Shown one piece after another: positions 10,440 to 19,347 of a DNA stretch of 64,000 bases. The notes beneath the pieces were generated by a model. The model was given only the letters and a program-made list of their open reading frames with translations. It made no database searches and was not told where the DNA came from. Source of the stretch: an uncultured virus (IMG/VR IMGVR_UViG_3300028844_006632) (taxonomy: Duplodnaviria > Heunggongvirae > Uroviricota > Caudoviricetes); the IMG/VR virus record IMGVR_UViG_3300028844_006632; one strand, written 5' to 3'. Position 1 is the first letter of the stretch, and each line of letters starts with the position of its first letter. The translations under genes and the position numbers were made by a program.

Positions 10440-11878
10440 GGATGATCTTTCAAATACTTCTCAAGTTTTGGATATATTTCTCGTGCGTTTACTTTTGGAT
10501 TTTCCAAATACTCATCTTTAACGATTGCAAGTAAATCACCGATAATTTTTCCAGGTCGTAACTTGTATTTCTTTTTTATATCATCTCCGTTGATTGGAAG
10601 TTTTAATTTACCTTGTGGTATATCAAGTGTATCTAAACGTTTGCGAATTGCTTCAATTTGATTAGGCATATCAAATCCTGCTTCATGTGCAATATTATCC
10701 GCATGAATTAAATTTAAAATATTCTCAAGATGGTCACCCATATTTAATTTAAATTTGCGAAGTGTTTTATCGGTTGCTCCAAACGAATCAGGTCCTCCGT
10801 GTTTTAATTTCATATGATTTTGTACACCTTTTACAACTGCATCTATGATTTTGTTCGGATATTTCAATCTTGTCAAAATCTCCTGGGTCATTTCCGCACC
10901 GATTTTTTCGTGACCATAAAAATGAATTTCTTTACCGATAACTTCTTTGGTTGCTTCTTTACCAATATCATGAAACAATGCCATTAAACGAGTAACAAGG
11001 TTCTTGGGAGTTCCTTTTACCACACTTAAAGTATGCTCCATTGCATCTTCTTTGTGATACTTGTTTTGTTCAAGTTTGATAAGACGATCCAACTCAGGAA
11101 AAACATAACGACTTAAACCAGTTACCTGAAGAAGTTTGATAGCACGATCAGGAGAATCTGTCATCAGCATTTTATTAAGTTCTTCTTGCACTCGTTCTAC
11201 ACTTATTTGCTTGAGTTTACTTGCATTGCTTTTCATTGACCTTATCATAAACAATGGCAAATCCCAATCGTATTTCATTGTGAAACGAACTGCACGAAGC
11301 ATACGAAGTGGGTCTTCCGAAAAAATTACATCAGGATCAAGTGGAGTTTGAACGATACCTGCTTTGATATCATTTACTCCTTGTCCTGTTAAATCTAATA
11401 TTTCACCCGTTGTTAAATTCTTTAACAAACTATTTGTAGTGAAATCTCGTCTTTCTACATCATCTTCAAGAGAACCTGAAAATACCGTTGGTTTACGACT
11501 TCCTTGTTCATATTCTTCACTCCGTGGCATTACGCACTCAATTTCCATATCATCAAGTTTGAAACCTTTATACTCAACTCCAAGTAAATTAAATTTTGCA
11601 GTACCGAATTTTGGATACACAACAGGATTAGATTTTCGTTTATAGTTGCCCATTTGACGAGTTGCCCAACGAGCAAAACGAATTCCACCAAATTCCATAT
11701 TAATTACAAAGTCAAAATCTTTAGGATCAATTCCAAGGAGTTCATCACGAACCGCACCACCTGCAAGAAATACCTTGCCTTCGTATGGACTTTTTTTGAT
11801 AAGTTTTTGCAGATACTCAAGTGCGGCGTTTTCTTTCGCACCCTCAAGCAACAAATCTTTTAATTTTATGGTCGGCAT
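10433..11878 (-). CDS. cca: CCA tRNA nucleotidyltransferase (class II) with HD domain
   Basis: Motif A LAGGAVRDELLG..PKDFD, motif B RRDFTTN, motif D EDPLRMLRAVRF, ISVERVQEEL. HD domain with MEHT...LFHDIGK...HFYGHE...HAD. Confidence 0.9.
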   Translation of the reverse strand: MPTIKLKDLLLEGAKENAALEYLQKLIKKSPYEGKVFLAGGAVRDELLGIDPKDFDFVINMEFGGIRFARWATRQMGNYKRKSNPVVYPKFGTAKFNLLGVEYKGFKLDDMEIECVMPRSEEYEQGSRKPTVFSGSLEDDVERRDFTTNSLLKNLTTGEILDLTGQGVNDIKAGIVQTPLDPDVIFSEDPLRMLRAVRFTMKYDWDLPLFMIRSMKSNASKLKQISVERVQEELNKMLMTDSPDRAIKLLQVTGLSRYVFPELDRLIKLEQNKYHKEDAMEHTLSVVKGTPKNLVTRLMALFHDIGKEATKEVIGKEIHFYGHEKIGAEMTQEILTRLKYPNKIIDAVVKGVQNHMKLKHGGPDSFGATDKTLRKFKLNMGDHLENILNLIHADNIAHEAGFDMPNQIEAIRKRLDTLDIPQGKLKLPINGDDIKKKYKLRPGKIIGDLLAIVKDEYLENPKVNAREIYPKLEKYLKDHPQ

Positions 11879-11905
11879 AAACCATAAATATATACAAACC
11901 TATAT

Positions 11906-13132
11906 TTAAGTCAACAAACGAAAAACTGAAATCAATTCTTTTATTTCTCGTTTAGTGTTATAGTGAAGCATACCAATTCTTAGCAATCCATCTTTTTCAA
12001 GATTATATGAAGATACCACACCCCATGCGTAAAAATGCCCACTCCATGCAAATATTCCATGCTTTGCAAGTATTTGAGCAAGTTCATGTGATGTTTTACC
12101 TTTCATGGTAAGTCCAAAGGTAGGAGTTCTTAAATTAACTTCATCTAAATCGGTTATTCCGTGTACTTTAATATTCTTAAACTCTTTCAGTTTTTCCAAA
12201 AAATAACGACTAAGTTCATTTTCATAGTTGGTTATATTTTCATAAGCAAGTTCAAGACTTTTACGACTTACACTTTTCTTATCTGATAAAGAACAAATGT
12301 ATTGTATCGTATCAGGAATACTTGCTATTGCTGAAAAATCAGGAGTACCAGTTTCCCAACGATTCGGTATAGTTTCAACCGCAGGTAAAACCTTATACGG
12401 AGTAAAATTCTCAAGATGTTTTTTCTTTGCGAATACTGCACTTACATGAGGACCGAAATACTTGTATACACTTGTTACAAGAAAATCACAATCTAAATCT
12501 TGTACATCAATACAACGATGTGGAGCATAATGAACTGCATCAACAAATACCAATGCACCTTTCGCATGAGCAATTTTTATTATTTCTTTTACAGGATTTA
12601 TTGTTCCGATTGCGTTACACGCATAATTTACCGCAACAATTTTAGTTTTGCTTGTAATTGCTTTTTCAAAATCCTCTATATTAAACTTTCCTGTTTCGGT
12701 ATCAAACTTTATTGTATTTACTTTACATCTTTTATCGTTGGCTGCTTCTACCCAAGGAGATACATTAGCAAAGTGATCCAAGTCAGTTACAACAACTTCA
12801 TCGTTTTCTTTCCAATCTCTGCTTAACGCACGACTAAACTGAAATACACTTGTTGTTGCGTTTGCTCCAATTACAATTTCATCGGCATTGCAATTCATAA
12901 AAATTGCAAGTGATTCACGTGCATATTTTACTGCATTTGTTGTATTAACACTTGTTTCGAAATACCCACCTTGATTTGCTTTATCACCGAGAATATGCTC
13001 ACGATAAGCATCAAATACATTATTTGGAATTTGAGATGCACCAGGTCCATCAAAATAAATAGCAGATTTATTATTATCTGTTTTTCTTTTTAATGCTGGA
13101 AAGTTTCTTCGTATTAAACCTAAATCTTTCAT
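11906..13132 (-). CDS. PLP-dependent class V aminotransferase / cysteine desulfurase-like protein (VC1184-type)
   Basis: YFDGPGASQ, DHFANVSPW, VDAVHYAPH, SVYKYFGPH (PLP lysine), RWETGT. SGHFYA sits where SufS has GHHCA. Confidence 0.85.
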   Translation of the reverse strand: MKDLGLIRRNFPALKRKTDNNKSAIYFDGPGASQIPNNVFDAYREHILGDKANQGGYFETSVNTTNAVKYARESLAIFMNCNADEIVIGANATTSVFQFSRALSRDWKENDEVVVTDLDHFANVSPWVEAANDKRCKVNTIKFDTETGKFNIEDFEKAITSKTKIVAVNYACNAIGTINPVKEIIKIAHAKGALVFVDAVHYAPHRCIDVQDLDCDFLVTSVYKYFGPHVSAVFAKKKHLENFTPYKVLPAVETIPNRWETGTPDFSAIASIPDTIQYICSLSDKKSVSRKSLELAYENITNYENELSRYFLEKLKEFKNIKVHGITDLDEVNLRTPTFGLTMKGKTSHELAQILAKHGIFAWSGHFYAWGVVSSYNLEKDGLLRIGMLHYNTKREIKELISVFRLLT

Positions 13133-13770
13133 GCAGTAAACACAAACACGTCACGATAGCCTAAATCAACTCCGGTAGGACTTAATTTAGTTGCGTTATG
13201 AAATACTTCTCTATCGTTTACTACGAGCATTTCATTTTCATCAAGTGTTTTGCGAAGAATTGCATCTTCATCAGCATCATCTTTATTTAAAAAGAGTTCA
13301 CTTTCACCACCATTTATTTCCGTTCTTTTAGCACAGAATATTCCAATAAAATCAAATCCATCTTGGTGTCTGCCCTCAGGTACAGGTTCTCCTTTTATGT
13401 AAATACTGCTATGAATTCTTATTTGATGTATTCCGATTTCGTTAATATAAGGATTTGTACCTGTTAAGTGGGTAAATCCTTCTACTATTTTATTAAAATC
13501 ATTTGAGAAAATTAAATCTTCTTCAATTTCTTCATATTCTCGTTCTACATCACCCAATAAATCGTTTACCTTTGCAGTTTGCACAAATTTTTTATGGGGT
13601 AATATTTCCCAGTTTCCATAATGATCTTTTTTTATTGACGAGTATCTTCTTTTACGAAAATCTCCATTTACATACGGATCATAAGGCATATTTTCAAAGT
13701 AATCTTCAAATACACCAATATCAACCGAGGTAAAATTTCTAAGTTTATATTGCCAACTTAATTTTTTCAT
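13129..13770 (-). CDS. 2OG-Fe(II) dioxygenase (2OG-Fe_Oxy_2 / BsmA-like family)
   Basis: PVPEGRHQDG (HxD), VVNDREVFHNAT (distal H), YRDVFVFT (2OG-binding R). ATGA overlap with the downstream PLP enzyme. Confidence 0.85.
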   Translation of the reverse strand: MKKLSWQYKLRNFTSVDIGVFEDYFENMPYDPYVNGDFRKRRYSSIKKDHYGNWEILPHKKFVQTAKVNDLLGDVEREYEEIEEDLIFSNDFNKIVEGFTHLTGTNPYINEIGIHQIRIHSSIYIKGEPVPEGRHQDGFDFIGIFCAKRTEINGGESELFLNKDDADEDAILRKTLDENEMLVVNDREVFHNATKLSPTGVDLGYRDVFVFTA

Positions 13771-13836
13771 TTCACCATCTCCTTTTGTTAATTATCTCCT
13801 ACTATAAATAGGATATATACGGAGTTTTTATAAAAA

Positions 13837-16800
13837 CTAAATGGTGAGAATTTGATCGAAATTAGATACAATAAAACTTACTTCTTCATCAGCAATTGCA
13901 GGATCTCTATCTATGTGACATCCCATAGGAATATATTCATCGTTTATTTTTACATCTAATACAAACGGAGATTCTTCTGCTTCTTTCAGAATATAATCAT
14001 ATAATCCTGATATAGAATAATACTTTATTTTGGTATCTTCGGTAATATCCGTTAATACTCCGTTCATGCTTTTTCTTTGTATCTTTACAATCTTTTCATT
14101 TTCCACATGAATTGTTACCGTTGCATTAACTTCATCTAAAGCATACATACTCCAACGAAAATCAAACTTATAGTTTGTAATATTTTTTGATTTCCAGTTT
14201 GTATAATCATCTAGAAATTTTTCTTTATCAAATCCACATATCGGAAACTTACAATCATTCTCTGCGTCACGACCATATGCCTTTCCGTCTGGACAAATTC
14301 GTAAGTCTTTTGTACATCCAACAAATGTGCTAATTGTTAATTCAAACTTCATATCAGGATGAGCACTACATTGATACCACAACTCACCGTCATAGTTAAC
14401 AGGTATTTTTACCATTATATACTCACCTTTTAGAATATGACTTCCACGAATCCAATTTTCTTCAGGTTTCCAATTCTCATCGGTTGTTGTTTCTGATGGG
14501 GATGTTCTGATATTAAATGCGTGACCTTCATCAGACCTTTTAAATACATAAGTTTTACCTGCTACAAACACATATTTTTTAATATCAATTTCACGATCTT
14601 TTATGTTAAATTTATAGAACGGATAATCATCACTTGTCATTGTAGGTTCTGAAACACTAAATGTAACATCGGTAGTTACAATAGGTGTAGTTGGTTTTGG
14701 ACAAGGATGTACAAATACACTTTTGTTTGGTCTTACATAGAAAGTAGCAATTAGTGCATCAAAACCACTTCGTTTGCTATTACCCCAAGAACCATTAAAC
14801 GGTATTGCTATATTCCGTGCAGTTGAATCATCGTTATCTCGTACAAGAATCCAGTCAATCAAACCACCTGAAATATCTTCGGGTGCACCTCTTTCAATAT
14901 AACCATAAATTACAACAGTATGACCAAGTGCAGACTCTGCATTTTCTTGATTTTGTTCAAGTGAAGTATAAATCTCTCCTAACGATTCGTTTGTTGGAAA
15001 CGGAGCATACTCGTACATTTCGTAAAATGAAATTTGGTCATGGTTTTCTTGAATAAACACTTCATCACCAATTTTAGGATTTCCTATATTCCATCCACTA
15101 AACGATGCAAGAATAGTTCTATTGCTATCTATTTCTTCCGCAATTGCTTTAAAGGTTAAATCTCCATCGTTAGATTTAGTTGGATTTTCTTTAAACAAAC
15201 GAGGAACTGCACCGAGAGGTCCACCTGTGTTTGGATTGTGATAAACAAGTCCTACTGATTTTCCCCACCCTGCGTGTTCATAGAACCCATTGAGTCCTTT
15301 CCATATCATCTCAATGGTTGTTCCTGATTTACTTGTACCTGTTGATTGTTGACCATATATACCTACTTCGTTTGTGTTCATAAACCAACCAAAATCAGTT
15401 GTTTCGCATTTTTTAACCGATGCAGGTGCATTTATATTTCCACGATGGTTTGGTCCATCCAACAAATAGTTTCCCCATCCTTTTTTAGAGTCCCACTTTA
15501 TTGTTTTTAAATTTGGATTAATATCACGACTTGAATCGTATCCATCATTTAAAAATCGTGGTTCTTTGAGTCCATAGAAATTTATTAAATGCTCAAGTTG
15601 AATTGCAGCCGAAGTAGGAGCACACCATGCTTTAAAACTATTTGGTGTAAATCCAACGTAACTTCCATTCATTGGATTAGAAACTTCCCCACTTGGAATT
15701 ATTCCTTTGTTTTCGTAATATAAAGGTTGATTCCAATCAGATACTTTACCACGAACAGTTCCCATTCGTTTAATTGCGGGTTCAATCCACACCTTTGGTC
15801 CTGTGTGCTTTTCTGTATCTTCAAACTCACAATCTCTTTTCTTGGCAATATCTTTTGTTTTATTTAAAATTTCAGTTAATTTAGAATCATCTACTTTTTT
15901 AATTTTTGAAATTCGTTTACCTTTGTTATCTTTTATAAACTCATCACGGATTGTATCTAGCATTACTCCTGCTTTTAATTCTTTGTCTTCGTCTATTTGC
16001 TTAAAAAGAAATTTTACAGAATCATCAAAATCTGTTTTATTTTCATCGGTTTCGTTTTTAACATATTCTTTTAAATCTTCTTCATCAAATAATTTTTTAT
16101 TCGGTTTATTTTTAAGTGGTTCGGATATTCTTTTTAATACTCTACCGAGTCTATCTGATGGTTTTTCCAATTCGTCTTTCGGCAAAACATCTTCAACCGA
16201 GTCCATCAAAATGGTAAGTTTGTCACGAACTTTTTTGTTCACTGTATTCACAGAATCATCACCATCCATAAATGTATCATCACCATTAAATTTCACAATA
16301 TCATCTACATCAAATCCATATTCTCCGATGAATGTATTCATTTTGAATGAATCGTGTGTATCTTCGTCTTTAAACTCGGTTAATAATGATGATACATTTG
16401 ATGCAATGTATCTTCTTTTTACTACATCTTTAACCTTTTCTTTAAACACAGGATAACGAAATACTTTATCACGAGATATAAATGTACAAGTTTCTTTATC
16501 AAATGATCTAGTTGGAAGTGTTCTTAATTCAAAGAATTTTATTGCAGGTAAATTACTTTTTATATACTTGTATGGTTCACCTTCTATATTCAATTCGTCA
16601 GTTTCTGTTTCGAGTATAAGTTCTTCACCTTCATCAGTTTCAAGGTATCCTGTTTCAGTTTTAGCACGAAATGAAAATCCGTATACTCTTGAATTTTCTA
16701 TTTGAAATGTCATTCCACCTGTATCATCATCTGTGATTTCTTCAAGAATTTCGTAGTTACTTGCGTAAATAAGTGTTCCCCACATAAAAATGCTGACATC

Positions 16801-17484
16801 ATCTTTCTTTGAGTAACTTGAATTTATTGTGATTCGTTTTCCTTCATTTTCACCCAATTCTTCTTGAATATTAACAGGAAGATACGACACCTCCTCATCA
16901 GTTACAACTCCGTAGAAACCACCCTCAAGTTCAATGTATTCTATTGTACCTGTAATTTCCGGAGAAATGTTTCTCTCGTCAGATTCAAGTTCAATTAGTT
17001 CCATTGTTAATACTTCAAAATTCAATGAATCATCTACTTCACTTGGGGTTGGAGATGTAGAGTTTGTAGGACTCGGTGTTGTTGATGGAGAATATACAGG
17101 ACTTGGTGTTGGTTCGTTTATCTCAGTTGGAGTTGGTGTTGAAACATTTACATTTTTTGAACTGCAATCATGTGTATGCATTCCATAGTTTGCAGGACCA
17201 TTATACGATAAATTAAAATGTGGAATGTCAACTGAATCGACACCTTTTTTCAAAATAACCAAATACGCATGGCCACATTTTAACGATGTAAAATTCTGTA
17301 ACAAAGGTATTAAATCAAATCTCCACTTCTTAGGAACACCACCTGAACTCCACTCGTACACCGCATGAATTTTATCAGCATGATTTTCAAGATTAAATTC
17401 TTTACAAGTGGTATCCGCATCACATGATCCGTACCATCCATTAATTACTTTAAAGTCATTTGCTAATTGATATAATTTTGCCAT
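13837..17484 (-). CDS. Mosaic protein: shared module, PT linker, papain-like (C39-type) cysteine peptidase, cupredoxin-like domain and further small domains
   Basis: 1215 aa. GWYGSC...LKCGHAYLVILKKG; AWCAPTSAA...GHTVVIYGY...WILVRDND; GHAFNI...WYQCSAHPDM; CTKDLRICPDG...CKFPIC. Confidence 0.7.
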   Translation of the reverse strand: MAKLYQLANDFKVINGWYGSCDADTTCKEFNLENHADKIHAVYEWSSGGVPKKWRFDLIPLLQNFTSLKCGHAYLVILKKGVDSVDIPHFNLSYNGPANYGMHTHDCSSKNVNVSTPTPTEINEPTPSPVYSPSTTPSPTNSTSPTPSEVDDSLNFEVLTMELIELESDERNISPEITGTIEYIELEGGFYGVVTDEEVSYLPVNIQEELGENEGKRITINSSYSKKDDVSIFMWGTLIYASNYEILEEITDDDTGGMTFQIENSRVYGFSFRAKTETGYLETDEGEELILETETDELNIEGEPYKYIKSNLPAIKFFELRTLPTRSFDKETCTFISRDKVFRYPVFKEKVKDVVKRRYIASNVSSLLTEFKDEDTHDSFKMNTFIGEYGFDVDDIVKFNGDDTFMDGDDSVNTVNKKVRDKLTILMDSVEDVLPKDELEKPSDRLGRVLKRISEPLKNKPNKKLFDEEDLKEYVKNETDENKTDFDDSVKFLFKQIDEDKELKAGVMLDTIRDEFIKDNKGKRISKIKKVDDSKLTEILNKTKDIAKKRDCEFEDTEKHTGPKVWIEPAIKRMGTVRGKVSDWNQPLYYENKGIIPSGEVSNPMNGSYVGFTPNSFKAWCAPTSAAIQLEHLINFYGLKEPRFLNDGYDSSRDINPNLKTIKWDSKKGWGNYLLDGPNHRGNINAPASVKKCETTDFGWFMNTNEVGIYGQQSTGTSKSGTTIEMIWKGLNGFYEHAGWGKSVGLVYHNPNTGGPLGAVPRLFKENPTKSNDGDLTFKAIAEEIDSNRTILASFSGWNIGNPKIGDEVFIQENHDQISFYEMYEYAPFPTNESLGEIYTSLEQNQENAESALGHTVVIYGYIERGAPEDISGGLIDWILVRDNDDSTARNIAIPFNGSWGNSKRSGFDALIATFYVRPNKSVFVHPCPKPTTPIVTTDVTFSVSEPTMTSDDYPFYKFNIKDREIDIKKYVFVAGKTYVFKRSDEGHAFNIRTSPSETTTDENWKPEENWIRGSHILKGEYIMVKIPVNYDGELWYQCSAHPDMKFELTISTFVGCTKDLRICPDGKAYGRDAENDCKFPICGFDKEKFLDDYTNWKSKNITNYKFDFRWSMYALDEVNATVTIHVENEKIVKIQRKSMNGVLTDITEDTKIKYYSISGLYDYILKEAEESPFVLDVKINDEYIPMGCHIDRDPAIADEEVSFIVSNFDQILTI

Positions 17485-17496
17485 AATATTTTTCCG

Positions 17497-19332
17497 TTAG
17501 TTTCTTACGAACACATTATTTTCTGTTGTACTTGATAATTTACCAAGATAACAATCTCCACCTTCCGATTCAAATTTAAACTCAGGTTTATCACCTCCGA
17601 GAACATAAGCAACTTCAATTGTCATGCCACCTTTATCAAAAGTTTCTACTTCAAACGGACAATTAAATGAATTACCAATAGGATTTACATCACCAGATAA
17701 TTCATTCCAACACAATTTACCTGGTATAGTGCTTTTTCCACTTACTCCATTTTTCATAGTAAATTCATATCCACCGTTTCCATCAGGAACAGTTGTAGTT
17801 GATGTGTTGAATCCGTCACAACAACTTACTTCATCTTGTGAATCATTGTTTGTTGGTTGTTCGTCATCATCTGCATAATCTGCTTCACATTTTAATGTAA
17901 GTTTTCCTGCATCGTCTGATAGTTTCTTTGCTTCCACGAATCCAGGAATAGATAAAACCCCTGTTCCTTTTTTCAATACAATTAAATACGGATGCCCACA
18001 TTCTAATTGATTAAAGTCTTGATAAAAACTATCATGCTTTGGATCAAAACTTGTATTAAAAATTGAGTAATTATCGTTTTGTTCGTTTATTTGAAATACT
18101 CTAAATAACATATCACGAACCGATGGAGTAGTTAAATCAAATGGTTTACAATTATATCCACATACTCCATACCATCCCATATAAAATCTTAATCCATTTT
18201 CAGATTGTGGCAACGGAACTTCTTTATATGTACCAATCGTATCAGTTGGAGTTGGTGTCATCGTGGGAGTTGCAGTTGGTGTTTTTGTAGGTGTAGGTGT
18301 AGGTGTAGGTGTAGGAGTCGGTGTAGGTACATTATAGGGTCTTAAAACCGATATATTGAATCCTGCGGGCATCAAATCATTTTTAATAAAGTCACTTATT
18401 TGATATTGATTCAAATCTGCTCCAAAATCTAAAATATAACAACCAAGTTCAACTCCAAAATTAGTTGCAGTTTCTTGATCCATTTGTATTAAAATTGTAT
18501 CATCACCATAATTGTTTTTAGTAATCGTAAAAACAGTTCTTGCGGTAATGTTACTAAAATCCAAATCAGTTAAATGTTTCTGAAGAATTACTGCATGACT
18601 AAGACGAGCAACAGGTATTTGCGTTTCATCGATATATGAATCATAATCATTTTTGTTATACCACATTGAGAAATGTAATCTTTTTGAGTGATTAATATCA
18701 ATCGCAACGGTTCCATTTGGATGAGCATCTTGATAAATAAAAAGATCGTTTCCACTTGCATCCTTTTCTATTACAGGTGTTGTATCCTGTAGATTAAAAA
18801 GTGCATGGTAATCACGACTACCAAGTTCGTCTATACAAAACTGCACATCTGTGGATTGATTTCCATCTCCGAGACTTCCTCCTGTATCGTCAATTATATC
18901 TGTATCATCTATATCTTGTGTATAAGTAGGTGTCGGAGTTGGAGTTGGTGTAGGTGTTGACTCGTCAACATAAGTAGGAGTTGGTGTTGGTGTTGGTGAA
19001 GGAATATCCACATCCACAACAACACCCGACATTTCAGTCATTTCTACATTATCATCTGAAGTATCAATTGTTCCTTTATAGCACTTTCCATCAAATGCAA
19101 AAAATATATCTTGTCCGTTTGCATCACCACTTAGTTTTCCAACCGTAATTTCTGCGGCTGCAAATCCCGAGAACATCATGTTTATTTTGTCGGTTGTTGT
19201 ATCGGTTGCAGGGTTTGCCCACGAAGCATTAAAACCAACTACCATGCCTGGTAAATTTAAAGTAATAGATACTAGATCAAATGATCCAGATTCAGAGTAT
19301 GAAGTATAATCGGTAGGTATGCAGTTTTCCAT
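17497..19332 (-). CDS. Putative virion protein with PT linkers, an internal shared module and G-x-CY-x-G domains
   Basis: 611 aa with FYMGWYGVC...LECGHPYLIVLKKG, DGKCYKG and SCCDGF...LCWNE...GDCYLG. Confidence 0.75.
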   Translation of the reverse strand: MENCIPTDYTSYSESGSFDLVSITLNLPGMVVGFNASWANPATDTTTDKINMMFSGFAAAEITVGKLSGDANGQDIFFAFDGKCYKGTIDTSDDNVEMTEMSGVVVDVDIPSPTPTPTPTYVDESTPTPTPTPTPTYTQDIDDTDIIDDTGGSLGDGNQSTDVQFCIDELGSRDYHALFNLQDTTPVIEKDASGNDLFIYQDAHPNGTVAIDINHSKRLHFSMWYNKNDYDSYIDETQIPVARLSHAVILQKHLTDLDFSNITARTVFTITKNNYGDDTILIQMDQETATNFGVELGCYILDFGADLNQYQISDFIKNDLMPAGFNISVLRPYNVPTPTPTPTPTPTPTKTPTATPTMTPTPTDTIGTYKEVPLPQSENGLRFYMGWYGVCGYNCKPFDLTTPSVRDMLFRVFQINEQNDNYSIFNTSFDPKHDSFYQDFNQLECGHPYLIVLKKGTGVLSIPGFVEAKKLSDDAGKLTLKCEADYADDDEQPTNNDSQDEVSCCDGFNTSTTTVPDGNGGYEFTMKNGVSGKSTIPGKLCWNELSGDVNPIGNSFNCPFEVETFDKGGMTIEVAYVLGGDKPEFKFESEGGDCYLGKLSSTTENNVFVRN

Positions 19333-19347
19333 ATCAGTAATTCCTGT

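Noticed and set aside
10433..11878. Poly(A) polymerase rather than CCA enzyme
   Set aside because: The C-terminal HD domain and EDPLR templating motif fit CCA-type enzymes. A CC-only or A-only specificity cannot be excluded by eye.
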